Shown: positions 24,265 through 37,581 of the stretch, piece after piece | Layout of the letters: every line of letters begins with the position of its first letter | Position numbering within the stretch: position 1 is the stretch's first letter | Origin: Psammoneis japonica | Taxonomy: Eukaryota | Assembly: GCA_008632985.1 (NCBI GenBank) | Contig: QPGO01000137.1 | Coordinates: forward strand, 1-64,000 | DNA length: 64,000 nucleotides | Reading direction: 5' to 3' | The notes under the pieces: model-generated | Database searches by the model: none | Told to the model about the DNA's origin: nothing | What the model saw: only the letters and a program-made list of their open reading frames with translations | Position numbers and translations under genes: made by a program

Positions 24265-24416
24265 GGCTTTTGTCTTGTTGCAGTGTTGTACCACCCCGTC
24301 GCAAGTGGAGATAGAATACAGTACAGTATGTGTACCGGTAGGGCCCTATGGTTTTGATGTCATGGTGATGTCATGTTCACGTGATGAATTTTTTATATGA
24401 CATGAGTGTCATTTAA

Positions 24417-24810
24417 GGGTGGTCGGTTGCTACTTTTTTTAGCTCGAATTCGGCCGAATAGCTCGTGTTTTGCATGATTTTTCCTGAATTTCACCGTGCT
24501 TCACCGTGGTGAAAACAACAAGCCATAAGTCTGTGACGGAGGTGGTCCGTCTACCAACTCTCATTTATTTTATGCTTGTTGTGCATCAAAGATTGCACAC
24601 ACATGAAAAGTTGGTAGAAGGCAAACTGCGTTTTTGAGAAACATCGATGATTGTCATCATCGTCGTGCTTCGATCGCGGTGCTGATGGTTCTCATTTTCG
24701 TGCATGATCGGGTGTGACTATGAACAATTCTTGCATTCAAAAATGAACACTGTGAAAAACCTCATTCAAGTGCAACGGTGATTTTGGGACAAACGCGGGG
24801 ATGACCCCCC
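24417..24810. mobile_element. Short non-autonomous TTAA-targeting element (Kolobok-like GG termini)
   Basis: ttaa|gggtggtc ... gacccccc|tcaa. Homologs at ~12570-12971 and ~18463-18862. Confidence 0.65.
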
Positions 24811-24814
24811 TCAA

Positions 24815-27240
24815 GGACATCCACGGGGGTGAGGCGAATGGGTTGTGGGTGCCGATTTTCCCGTAGTTCGCCGTGTTATTTGGACCCGTCTCCGAACACC
24901 CCCAAACACTTGTGTGTTCGACAAACCCTTGTCAGGGCTGTTAGACCGCCAGCTGTGTGAGCTGCATGTTCGAAGCTTCAAACGCCACTTGTCGGCCTGT
25001 GTCCTGTTGCTGGGTTGAAGTTGCCGCCAATTTTTGCCAAAATCGCGCTGCTTGTGGTAGATGTGAGCCACAACTTTCCTGCAGACACATCTGCAGTTGA
25101 CAAGCTAAAGATCGCACACAGTCACAACCATCGTTCATGCATTCTGTGATGTCTCAGGAGCTGACAAAGTCAGACCTGTCGCCAGACAGCGGTTTCAACG
25201 CGCATTTCAGGGCGAACGGTGAAAATGCGCTCATCACCCATTTTTCCTTCCCTCGCCGATTCATTTTGTTGCACATTGCACGTCTTCAAGTCTGTTGTGA
25301 TGGCACTCTTTGTCAGTTGAAAATGCAACTCTGCAGCATTGTTGACACCCCTTTGCAACACGCCATTTAGAGAAGACAGGCAAGTCAAATTTTTTCAACT
25401 GTGTCAGTCTGCAGTTCCTCCTTCCCCGCCAAAATCCCCACCCAACTCCTCAACATTGTTTTGCAGTGCAGTCTCTGTCTCGATGGTGAGGTTTGCCCTT
25501 TGCCCCTCTCCATCGTCTCGCCTGAAAAATTCGTCAGTCGATTGTCTTTTGTCTTGCACCGAGTGGCAGCTGATTCTGGCACGACACTCCCGAAGAGCTC
25601 GGGGAGGAATTGGAGAATTCCAAGACGATTGCCACATGGTGTCGGCTCAGGAAATCAGCAGCTGGGCCTGTTGTCAGGAACGATCGCACCGCGATCATCA
25701 AGCCGAGTTTGACACTGAGATTGATGGACTTGGTGCCAATGTGGGCGATTTTAAGTGGCAAGAATGACGATTGGTTTCTCGACAGGCTGAGCTGGAAGCC
25801 GAGCCACACAATTGTAAAAACATGGAAGTTGCCCCATTCAAGACGATTTGATGTTGACAGTCATGCGAGTGTTTTTGCATCAGTGGCAGGACTGGACATG
25901 ACAAAAAGTGAACATGGCATCATGTCTCTTTCAGCAGATGCTGCTGCACTTTGGCGGACCCTGCTTGCAAAGCAACGCTTGGCTGAGACCTCGCTCTCAG
26001 CCATCAGCAACCACTGTTTGCTCTGGGAAATGTGCTTGGGAGCACTGCATCACCAGCCCAAGCACATGACTTGTCACTCTGGGTGTTGTGCAAGATTCAA
26101 CTGCAGCACTTGAGATGATTGCCCACTGCTGCACGTCGGTTGGTTCATGGCCTGCGTGAATGGCAGGATTTGACCTCACAAGCAGTTTAGAAACAACGGA
26201 CCTTCCCAGTTCCCAGCAAAAAATTTCCATTGCATCAACCTGTTAGAAACGTCCATGCCATCAAGATCTCAAGTGCATCTCAAATGTGTGAGACCAATCA
26301 AGTGAACTTACCTGGATCATCGACCCACTGCACTGCATCAGCCCGACGGTGCATTTCTCATTGACCAACAGAGAACAGTGGCTTGAGCTGATTTTGGCTC
26401 GGATGATCCCAACAGAATGCTTCCAATGCCATCACACCAAGTCTCAACAAGTGCGCTAAGACTGCGCTGCATTGCAGAGTCCATGCTGGACTTTTCATCC
26501 ACCCCTGCAGTCAAGCTCATTCGTCCCGGCATCGTGGCATGAATCTCGTCATCAGGAGTGGCACAAATGATTGTTTGTTTTTCTCTCTGGGCTTCCACAG
26601 ATGGAACAATTTTGCACAGCATGACAGTTGGATGCAACAGAGAGCTGAAACATGGGAGACACTGGGAGAGGCAAGTCAAAATGCCATCAACAAGGCCACC
26701 ATCAGATCGATGACAACAAATCGACAAAAAACTCATTCCGACAATCCAGCACAAACCCCACATGGAAATCTACGATGATTTCCACGAAAAAAGGCACAAC
26801 CAAGATTCCTTCCACCATTGTCAACCACATCGACAACGACGACATCAAAGCATCTTGCACTGAAGAAAGTCCAACATGTGACCTCAACAATGCCATGAAT
26901 GACAACACATCTCATTTTTTCCTCAGTGTTGGCAGTTTACATGAAGTGGAACCGGCTGTTGTCGATTCATGGTGACTGCGGTTCTGAGCAACAAATTTTT
27001 TTTGTGCGGTGACAGTGTGCTTTTTCAAAACTTTGAAGATTAAAAAGTTCCTAATTCCAGTTTGATTTGGCACACCCGAGCATTTTTTTCACAGACAAAC
27101 ACGCTCACCGTTCTCGCGCGGAAACCGCTGTGTGGAATTTCATTTGGCGAACGCGCGTGCATTTAGTGCGGTGCATTCGGTTGTCATCCCAAAAAATTTT
27201 GGGTCCGCAAATGTCCGCCCTCACCCCCGTGGATGTGTCC
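24815..27240. mobile_element. 2.4-kb Kolobok-like DNA transposon
   Basis: tcaa|ggacatccacgggggtgagg ... cctcacccccgtggatgtgtcc|ttaa. RR..YY termini with a TTAA site are typical of Kolobok. No recognisable transposase. Confidence 0.7.
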
Positions 27241-27244
27241 TTAA

Positions 27245-28371
27245 CTTCAACCACCAGGGGAGCAAATCTCTGCGGGTGGAGATTTGCTCCACCCCCACTC
27301 CGCGAGCACTGCATGCTGTGCACAACGTTTCAGAGGTGTCGCGAAACTTCCCAGAGACATTGCATTTCTTGAGACATGCCGAACCTTTCAGCACACTTGA
27401 CAGTCGAAACAGGCTGAAAAGGACAGGATTTTTCATGCAGAATTCTGCGTTGTGCACAGTGTGCCATGCACAAGGTTTGAGTCGCTCAAGTTCCAAGTGC
27501 CTCATTTCAGTGGGACACAGATGGCGTTTGTTGACGATGGGTCAATGCTTGTCAGCATGTTCAATGGACAGCCTTTAAAATGGCAGCTTTCTTGTTCCAA
27601 TGACCTTGGAAGTGGAGTCACTTGTTGGTGAGGCCAACGCGCAGCTTTTGTGCGAGAAGTTGCACAAGCATTTTCTGCGTCATTTCTGCGTGAATCGCTG
27701 AATTTCATTGCACGTGCACCACATCAACCGCGCTTCAAGTGGGTCAACAAGAATGTCAAAGGCGTCTGTGACATGTTTGACACAATGAGGTCTTTCCAGA
27801 CACTTCAAAGCAGTTGGTTGATGGGATGACCAAAAGGCGCCAAAAATTGAGTTGGGCATGGCATGCTGCAGCATGCACATGTGCAATTTTTGCGATGATT
27901 TGCAAAAATGTCTGTGCGTGCAGTGGCATGCCATGCACAGCGCAAGCGGGGAATGTGGCGAACATGCAGTGGTGAGAAAATGTCATGTCGTGCACAATCT
28001 GCGTAAAAAGCACACCACGTGCATTTGCTTGTTGGGAGCAAATCTCCACCGGTGGAGATTTGCTCCCATGGGGTGGCATCATTGCTCTGTTTGTGATGGC
28101 AATTCATGACAAACTTCATTGTCAGAGGTTGAGATTTAGTTCCTCTCCATTCACAGGTGCAGCTTGCAAAAAACCCGGTGTTAAAAGTTGACATTGAACT
28201 TTCTAAATTGCAAAAAGGGTGCCTCCAGATTTTCGGCGAATGCGTGTTCCAGAACAAAATCGCACAAACAAAACATTGTGCACATCTGAAATTGCTTCAT
28301 TTGCTGCATTTGTGATGCAAGCGAGCAAATCTCCACCCGTGGAGATTTGCTCAAGTCCGGTGGTTGAAGGG
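27245..28371. mobile_element. Non-autonomous piggyBac-like element
   Basis: ttaa|cttcaaccacc ... ggtggttgaaggg|ttaa, with three gagcaaatctc..gagatttgctc palindromes. Confidence 0.85.
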
Positions 28372-28389
28372 TTAATTTTGCATTTGTGC

Positions 28390-29485
28390 TCCACCTGAGC
28401 ACTGCGATGGGTGTGGATGCAAGTTCACAATGAACCACGCTCTTTGGTGCAAGAAGGGTGACTTGGTCATCTTGCTGCACGATGAAGTCCATGACAACCT
28501 GGGTGACCCATGGGCAAGGCTTGCAAACCTTCCTGCACACGGGACGAACCCCCAATCAACCCCACCGGTCACAGCATGGGAAGCTCAAGCATCCCCACCA
28601 GTTCTCCAGGAAACACTGACTCCAACAAGTCCAAGGATGGCGATCATGGAGACCTTCTCGGCATGTGATTTTGGGATGGAAGGACAGACACAGTGACGGA
28701 CATTCGTGTCCCTCTGACATGGACGCAAAGTCACACCTGTCCAAAACACCAGAAGAAGTTCCAGCAAGCCACGAACGTGAGAAAAAGTGCGGGCACCTCA
28801 AGCCCTGTCTTGAGCAGCACCATCATTTCACGCCCTTTGCAGTGTCATGCGACAGACATCATGGCAAGGAAGCTGAGGCGATGCTCCACAAGATGGCGTC
28901 AAAGCCATCAGACAAATGGCAAAAGCCACACTCTGAAGCACGCAGCTGCATCAATGTGAGAATGAGCATTGCCATGGTCTGGGTGACCCGCCGTTGCCTC
29001 AGGGGATCATGCGTTGCTTCCCGCCCCTCAGATCAGCTCCAGATGACCCCAGCAGGAAGATGGTGCCGGTTTGTCCCCACGACGCGTTCCAGGTCTAGGT
29101 GGGACCTCGTACTACTGAACTGTGACATCGATAGTTTTTTGAATCACGTCGTATGTCGCGCACGTAGATTTCTACGTGATTTTTTCGATATTTTGTGTCA
29201 TTTTACGGTACACTTATTGAGCGATCCGTCCAACAACTTTTGACATTTTTTGTTACAGCGCGATTCTTTAATGTCTTAAGAATCGCGTAGGGCAGGCGCA
29301 TTTGCAAAAACGTCGAGTGGTAAGAGGCATAATTGTACAACAAACTTGGCCGTTTATTTGATGTTGAAGATAAATATATCCATTAATTAAATTCTCGTAC
29401 TACGGAGCTCGCACGTAGAATTCTACGGGCCCAATGTCACACGGAGTCCCACCCAGGGCTGGAACGCGTCCCACACAGATGCTGA
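28390..29485 (+). mobile_element. 5'-truncated CRE-like non-LTR retrotransposon (Zn finger plus restriction-like endonuclease), interrupted by a MITE
   Basis: CDGCG..HALWCKKG..LHDEVHD, DHGDLL..FW..TD..DIRV..DAKS, HFTPFAVSCD..GKEA..KWQKPHS..RMSIA..RCLRGS. Removing the MITE and one TSD restores the end EDGAGLSPHRC*. Confidence 0.8.
29081..29470. mobile_element. MITE family 1, youngest-looking TpA-intact copy
   Basis: TIRs gacgcgttccaggtctaggtgggac / gtcccacccagggctggaacgcgtc; TSD CCAC. Confidence 0.95.
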
Positions 29486-30298
29486 ACGACCCCGATCCAA
29501 TCAACCCCCACCCTTCCAGACAGTGTGCAAAAACCTGCCACCACGCTGAATGCGGTGCCACAATCAATTCAAATGTCATGTGCACAGCCCACGATTTGTG
29601 CACAACAACCACACCCCTCACTCGTGCGACTGCATTGACCGCACAACAACCACTTTTCTGCTTTGTGCCAGCAAAAAACCGAGTTGAGTCCCATTTTTGC
29701 CATGTGTTGAGTGGCCATTTTTTGCCCATCATTGGCCTGAAACTGACCATTTCTTTGCATTTCCTGGCTTTTCATGATCTCTTGGCGAGTTCTTTGATGA
29801 CAGTTGGTTGTGAAATGGGCTTGGGATCAGCTCAATCTAGCTGCAAAAGTTGCGCCTTTTTCATGCAATGACTCAATTCAGTCTCCCTGCACATTTCTGC
29901 GTGTCAAGCACCAGAAAAAATTCAACACACCTTCGAATCAGCAAGCCAGCCGCACGCAGCACAGAGAAGGAGAAGTGATGACATGTGATGTGTGCATGTC
30001 TTGTTGACAAAAAAATTGCATGGGAGTTGTTGAGCCTCATTTTTGCTTCAAAAAGTGCAAGCGACCATGTTCGATGGCAACGGGCAGCCAGAGAAAACTG
30101 AAACACCCAAATCCAAACACATGGTCAGAAGCAGCAGCAGCTGAAGATCATGACAGCAACAAAAATGGTTTGATTGCTTGGTTTTTTCATCATTTTTGTC
30201 GATTGATTCAACACATGTGTTGGATGAGGACTCAGTTCTGTCATGAGGGCTCAGCTCGGTTTTTTGATGGTGCACAAATGCCAGTGGCAACAGCAAAA

Positions 30299-33200
30299 GA
30301 CGGGCTCCAGTCCCAGGTGGGACTTTGTGTGACATTTGGCCCATGGAATTCTGCGTGTGAGCTCCGCAGTTTGCCCGGGTGTGTTCTTCAGACACATTGA
30401 AGAACATGCCCAGCACATTTTCATTCTCACAAATGTTGAAAATAGAAAGCATTTGGTTTCACAAAACAGGGAGCATGAAACAACTTTGTAGAATGTCGCA
30501 CATGGAAATGCACGTGCACCATGCTCGAAGAACGAGTGCAAACGAAAGTAGAATGGTGCATGAAAAGTGGAAATTATGAGATTGAATTTTGCTCTGTGAT
30601 TTTTGGTTTCTCCGAACGAGTTCTCAATGGCCTAAAGCTTCTGCACTGCTTCCACAGACAAAAGGCCTTTCGGAGAATGTGTTCGTGACAACAGATTGTC
30701 CGGATGCGATTGCCATTGACACGCAAGATGTCAACATCGTCAATCGATCGCACTTGCAATTCTCGACATCCGATCAACTCTGTGTGATCGTTCTGTCCTT
30801 TGTGCGCATCCACGACTGTGGTGCGATTGACGTGTGAATGATGTGCAATCACAAACATGTGTGCAACAGTCGCACACTGCATTCACCTCCCTAATTGCAC
30901 ATTGGAGTCATTTGCAAGTAGATTGTTCGACGGACATCGACAGTGTCAATGATGTCTCCACTTTCACTGCATTGTGCCATTGGCAATGACTGTTGTTGTT
31001 TTGCACGGGCAATGTGGGGCCACTCCAATTTCCGAATGTCTTTTGAGAGTGACGTTGTTTGTTTCTCACTTGACATGCACACATGCAGCATTGCGTCGAG
31101 TGTTCTCATTGACGTTCTTGTTGATGTGAACACAAGGACCAATTGTCCTGGAGCAAGTGTTTTTCCTGATGTCGATTGCACTGGCACATGGCATCGTGCC
31201 CAGCACTTAATGTGCGCTCTTGATTGTGGCGTTCACTTGCTTGCTTGTGGATTTCATGTAGTTTGGCGGGCTCACTTTACATGCCACATTGCTCTGCTGC
31301 ACTGCCACGTTTCACAAGTGACAACAAACGATGGTCAAAGATGTTGTGACCATTTCGTCTTGATGATCAATCCTGTGATGGTTATGAATTCCATTGTGGA
31401 TTTTTTTTTGCACTTCAACCATCTATCAGTTGGATTTTAATCGTCATTTGGACATTTCTTTCTGACACACCGGTGTCATTTTGTCGTTCCGAAGGCACTG
31501 GTTTCGTGCACTGAGTGGACAAATGTCCATTTTTCTTTTCTTTTTCTAGATCTTTGGCACATCTCGTGTGTCGACATGATGTGCATTTTAATGTCTTGCC
31601 TCGTACATTGTACAATACAACCGCACGGGTGTTGTGAGATTGTCTTTTGCCAGTGTGAAGTGGATGCGTATAATGCACGCCAATCTGTCACTGTTTTTTC
31701 CTAAATCGTCCTTTAAAAAGGCGATTTTATCCTTGTGACATGAGCATTTTTCGATCTCGCTCGCCTCCACGAAAAGTGTTCGTATGATATGTCGCGTCCG
31801 ACAATTTGGAGGGAATGTCTTTATCCCGTTTTAACGGTAGGACATTGTCGTAGGATTCAATTTTCTATAGTAAGTCGGCTGATCGCGTCTATCGCGACGA
31901 TGTTCGCCTTGCCCTCGTTGTATTCTAATTCGGGACTGAAGTTGTCAACGTATGACTTTGTCCGTTGTGTCTTATGATCCGTATATGTATAAATCTGTTG
32001 GCCAAACAGTATATTTCGGAATTTTATAAGTGTTTTCACTATGGACAGAAGTTCTTTTTTCCGTTGTAACATATAATATTGAAATCCGTGTATGATAACA
32101 ATATAGTTTTTGATTTGATACGCTCCATATTTTCGGAGACTTTTCGTTCCGTACTTGTACTTTTGCCGTTTGACCTTTATTGAGGTGAATTTGGCTAGTA
32201 TTGTACAGGAGATCGTTGAGACTACATGTCTCGATAATAGTAACGTATGACAACGAGATGTCGTAGTGTTCTTTACGTTTTTCTCGTGTTGCGATTGCTT
32301 GAATCGCCTCCATTTTCTTTGTAATCGATTGCATATCGTTACGTATGGAAGTCTTGATAGTTTATTTCAAGTTAAATAGTGAAGGACTTTTGTTGTTAAC
32401 CTTCTAAGCAACTGTTCTAGTCGTTTGAATGCCGTATTAAGCTGTTACTTGTACAGGTGATATTTTGAAGTTACTTTTGTCAGGCACAAACGATCACATA
32501 TAGTCGTTCTGACAACTTCAAACCTGTTATGAGTTCACTCAAGTGTTGTATAAAAATATCTGGGGCTCTATAGATTCTCATTGGAAGTCCATAGTACTCA
32601 TTTTCTCCCCACGGCATGATTTTCGTGTGAGCACGACGTGTGCTTTTTTTTATTTGACATGGTGGCATTCCATGTTTGAATCAAATAGATTACATATATG
32701 AAACGTTCTTGCTTCAATAGTATTTCCTGAATATTGGGTAAAGGATACACCACCTGTATGAACCTTATACTAAGCTTCTGAGTGTCGGATGCGGTCGAAC
32801 TCGACCTGTTTTCTTTAGACAATGAGTCTCAGAGCGACTTGTTCAGAGCAATTTCATTCTTAAGACTTCAATCTTTCATAATAGGTCAAACTCCTTTTGA
32901 TTGGACGCCTCCAAAGACTATGATAGGAGAAGGTTCTCACGCGTCGTGGAATCGCGTCAGATTTTCCACGATGAGATCCACTGATGCTTCCCATGCATTC
33001 GTCTGAGGAACTTTTCAAAACGATTTCAACCTCTTAAGAAGAAGATTGAGTTGGTTGTGTTCATTTGGGTTAGATGCATCGCCGTAGTTGTCACTTGATT
33101 AAGATCGATGGCGTGATGATGTGAGTCGAGGACCATTGGTTCCGTCATTGACTCTATTCACGGCGTCACATTTTTCAATGTGATCGGTTTTCAGCTTGAA

Positions 33201-35330
33201 AACATCGGCATCGAAGAGTGTGTGAACATTCTTCATAAGGTAATTGCTTCTTCCCATTAGATTTCTTCATTTGCACAGTCCAATGTGACTTGTGGGACTG
33301 GACATTAAGTCGCGTCCCATGATCACATCATTTGAACCTGAAGAAAATTTGGTGTTTTCAACATGTGCTGTTTGCATGTCAGCATGCCTTAAATTTCGCA
33401 CAGTGAGAACTGAATTCGGTGTTTGCCATCAGTCGTAAAGAGCTCACCCTTGGTTTCCCAAGTTTTTGGTGGCGGATTCTTGTGTTCTCAACTTTCGCAC
33501 GAATTTGCGCAAAATTGTGGTTGACGATGTTCCGTCATCGATGGGAACACGTAGATGCTTTTTTTTCTCTCCTTTCCCAAGGAAGTGTTCACATAAATGA
33601 TGACTCCTGGACTGGTGTGAATTATTTCTGCCTTTTTTCTAGGCTTCCCAATGTCCAGCAAAGCATGCAATTCGTGAATGGACCAAAATTATTCTTCGGA
33701 TTCAGTCTGGATCATCCGATCAAATTGGCATTTTTCTTCACTGAGGGTGTCAGAATCTGATTCTTTGCCCTCATGCTCTTTTTCTTTGTTCAAGGAACTT
33801 GCTTTGAGCATTTTTTGAACCGCCTGATCAATCATGACGTTCATCTCTTTTTTTGCGAGCGGCATTTTCGTTGTCGCGACGCGACCGCGTGCGATTGCCA
33901 TTTGAACGGCGCATTTTTGGGTCTCTTTCAGAGTCACCCTTGCACTCTTTTGCTAGTTCATTTTTAGAACAGCTTCAATCCGTGACGCAGGCATTCTTTT
34001 TTCAAAGATGAGACCTTGCACTCACTTTGGATTGTTCTGGCACCACATGGGAGACCATTTTTGGAACCAAATTTGGAGCCTTTTTTATTTTGGAACCAAC
34101 TGCGCCATCAGAGCCTGAGTTGATGTGTTTTTTCGTCACGGACGTCATGAACGACCTTTAGATGACTCAAAACTTAATCAGCTCATCAAGGATGAGTTGC
34201 AATGGTTGATTGTTTTGGACAGTAGACTGATGCTGCCATCCTTGCGGTGCGAGTGATGGCTGACAAATCAGCGCTCGGTTTCCCGCTAGATTCGACTTAG
34301 AATCCATCTGAGGGTCGCATGGACTCTCATCATTGACCTCTTGGGTCTAACAGAGGCTTTCTTGCTGTCAAGCAGCTCTGGTTTCTTCAGATCGTCTTGA
34401 AAATGACAACTCTGATTCTGAAGTGCAATTCTTGGAAAGACATGAGACATGAGACTCTTGGGGCACTTTCCAACCGTTCCATCTTGCTCTTGGACTCGAG
34501 GCTCGTTGATTCGGTCTCCAAAAACTCTCCAACAGTCTCTCCTTGCATGCCAGACGCATTTCTCGGACCTGATCGACTCGGAACTTGCACTCTCTGCAAC
34601 CATGACTTGGTGTAGATTTTTTGACAATGCGGTGTGCTTGAGAGCCCTTGATCCTTGGGTGCTTGGAATGGACCGCATTAAAGCGAATCCTCTTGTCTGG
34701 CAGACGAAAAACAGCGTTCCATCTTGAGGTGCTGCTCGGCTTGAGCTTCTTCCGCTCGGAAATCGATTCCAGCAGAACTGATGCGATTCGTTCCTGTTCA
34801 TAGAAGAATTTGCAAAGGCACATTAGTTAAAATTTTCATTTTCCGTGCTTTTTACCTTCTGTGGTGTGCATGCACAATGCACTGTGCTCGAAGAACGAGT
34901 GCAAACGAAAGTAGAATGGTGTGCGAAAAGTGGAAATTATGAGATTAAATTTTGCTCTGTGATTTTTGGTTTCTCCGAACGAGTTCTCAATGGCCTAAAG
35001 CTTCTGTGCTGCTTCTACAGACAAAAGGCCTTTCGGAGAATATGTTCGTGACAACAGATTGTCCGGATACGATTGCCATTGACACGTAAGATGTCAACAT
35101 CGTCAATCGATCGTATTTGCAATTCTCGACATCCGATCAACTCTGTGTGATCGTTCTGTCCTTTGTACGCATCCACGACTGTGGCACGATTGACACACAA
35201 ATAATGTGTAATCATAAATGTGCACATAACAGTCGCGTGCTGCACACGTGCGCGGCATGCAATGCGATCCAAAAAACTGTTGATGTCACAGCTCGGCAGT
35301 GCAAGGTCCCACCCAGAGCTGGAATGCGTC
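30299..35330. mobile_element. MITE family 1 copy split by a Gypsy insertion (halves 30299-30514 and 35245-35330)
   Basis: gacgggctccag... and ...ctggaatgcgtc termini with TSD AAAA. Confidence 0.9.
30515..35244 (-). mobile_element. Ty3/Gypsy LTR retrotransposon with degenerate pol
   Basis: 367-bp LTRs at 30515-30881 and 34878-35244 (TG..CA); TSD CACG; PPT gggaggtgaa next to the left LTR. Minus-strand order: protease (ALLDIG, DVIMGRDL), RT (YPLPNIQEIL, PWG..Y..LPM..PDIF), RNase H (KELLSIVKTL..FRNIL..YTDHK), integrase C-terminus. Confidence 0.92.
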
Positions 35331-36833
35331 AAAATTCTGAGCCATGTTCTCCCTCTAAATCTCGAGTTGCCGAGAGTTGCCAGCTCCGCACCACAGATGG
35401 ACTTTTGCACCAAATTCACGCCACGGAATTTCCCTCAAATGTTTGACATCATCATCAGTTGATGCACGCGTGCTGACACATCACCAAATCAAACCAAACA
35501 AATCCCCCCTCCACCCAACACCAATGCAGGCTGATGCCGACATGCCAAAAAAAGACAAAAACATCAGACACAACTCTCGCCGTTGTTGCATCATTGCCGC
35601 GCCAGTGCAAAAGCTGGAGTCAAAAGCACTGCCACATGAGCCACAGGCCACACCAGCTGTGGTGCCATCACACCACACGCAGTTGGGTTCATGGCGTGCG
35701 GCACCTTAAAAAGCACTGGATGTGTTCCCAGGTGACGCACAAAACAACAATCGATTTTGAATGTGAGTTGTGTGTCTCTCAGTGCGTGCAGCATTTTGAC
35801 ATGAAACACTCAGACGGATTGACTTTCACAGGCTTCTAGAGTGTTAACATTTAAACAGTTTTTTGAGGGTCATTCAAATCCTCATGGAACATGCATCACA
35901 AACTTCCTTCAGTGGACTCAATGCTGATTGTGCGCCAGCAGATTTGCACTGAGATTTCTTTGCAGGTGGAAAACCTGCCAGGTGGCATTGCAGAAAGACA
36001 CACTTGGGTGACATCCAAACAACGGCAACATTTTCGCCGAAAATCATCCGCTGTGTTACGAATCTTTTAACGCAATGAAAAACACAAACAGCGCAATGAC
36101 AACAATGACGTTGCAACACTCACACGAGTCTTGTTGGTGTTGCAAAACATCACATTTGCACAAATCCATGCTTTTGGTGGTGAAAGTTCGATCGCAAGTC
36201 AGGGGCCGTGCAAAAATCGTGCAAATGTCGTTTTTGTGCACGATTTGGTTCATGTGCGGCTGGGACACATCCCCAGGTGAGAAACTTTTGGACACATCAC
36301 AAGGTTTTCCATGTGTTTCCATGTGAGATGCACATTTGTCCCCAAAAATCCATGCAGAAAAATCGAGCTCCAGCATCATGACAGGAAAAACACATTTTTC
36401 CTCTTGTCTTGAACCACAAACCACAAATCGTGCAAAACAAAAATGACACCATGCCGCTGCCATGAACTTGTCCATTTTTGCACCAACGGGTGTTGTGACT
36501 GAGAAGGTGAGAATGCCAAGACAGGTCAATGAGACGACACTCAATGCGACGATGTGGTTGAAAATTTGATCTTTGCCGTTTGTTGTGCCTTGTGGATGGC
36601 CTTTTGACTCATGATGTTTTTGATGCCTCCAGTCGTGGGTCATCTTTCCACCAACCCAAATTCTCCATTGTGTCTGCACTTCCATCAGTCGGAATTTTCT
36701 TGCTGAAGTTCTTTTTGCGCCGCATCCACTCAATTCTCAAGCCGAGTGCTTTGGGGATCACAGGTGGTGCTTTGGGGATCACAGGTGTCACACAGATGTT
36801 GGACCAACCACAGACTGGTTCAGCAGCATTTGT

Positions 36834-37258
36834 GCAGCATGCATGCAGACAAAAGGTCATTTTTGTCATGCCCTTTGTGACATTTAAAGGCTGCAACACG
36901 TCGCCGTGACACATTGACTCTTGTCAGCAGCTGCACATTGCACTCCTCCCCATGTGTCACGCGTCCATGCGGCTCTTTACTGATGTGCACTGACACTGCA
37001 CGGTTTTGGCGGAACAGTGTGGGTGTGCACGAAGGAACACACAGAACTGCACAGAGTTTCACACGTTCGACAGTGATCAACGTTGCTGCAGACAACTCCC
37101 ACTCAGGGTTTCGAACCCCTGGCCTCCTGCCTGATGGTTGCGATGAACCACTCCGCTGTGAATTGATGATGCAGCATGCATGCAGACAAAAGGTCATTTT
37201 TGTCATGCCCTTTGTGACATTTAAAGGCTGTGACATGTCGCCGTGATACATTGACTCT
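36834..37258. repeat. ~87-bp direct repeat pair around a ~250-bp spacer
   Basis: gcagcatgcatgcagacaaaaggtcatttttgtcatgccctttgtgacatttaaaggctg..acattgactct at ~36834 and ~37171. Confidence 0.85.
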
Positions 37259-37581
37259 CATTGGTGGCTGTGTGTTGCATTTGGGTGATTGTTGTGAATG
37301 TGGTCAACCCTGAAGTTTGCACTGGTCCCCAGTGCAAACCCACGGATCAACCTCTGCTTGATGCACTCAGCAGATTCAGTCCAGGCAGCTCACAATTTGG
37401 TCACCAGCACTTTTGTGAAAGTCTGAACACTCGTCATTGCTTGTTGGCAGACACTCTCAGCTTGTGTTCTGCCTGAGGCATTGCCTGGAGTGGACATCCA
37501 GCCGATGCATCAGGAAGGCACTCGGAGCTGCACGGACACGCGAGCTTCAGCTGGTTGGTTCGCCCAATTGGTGCAACTCAA

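Noticed and set aside
36056..36733. Possible Ulp1-like protease relic (QHQQDSCEC)
   Set aside because: One weak motif in heavily mutated DNA is not enough.
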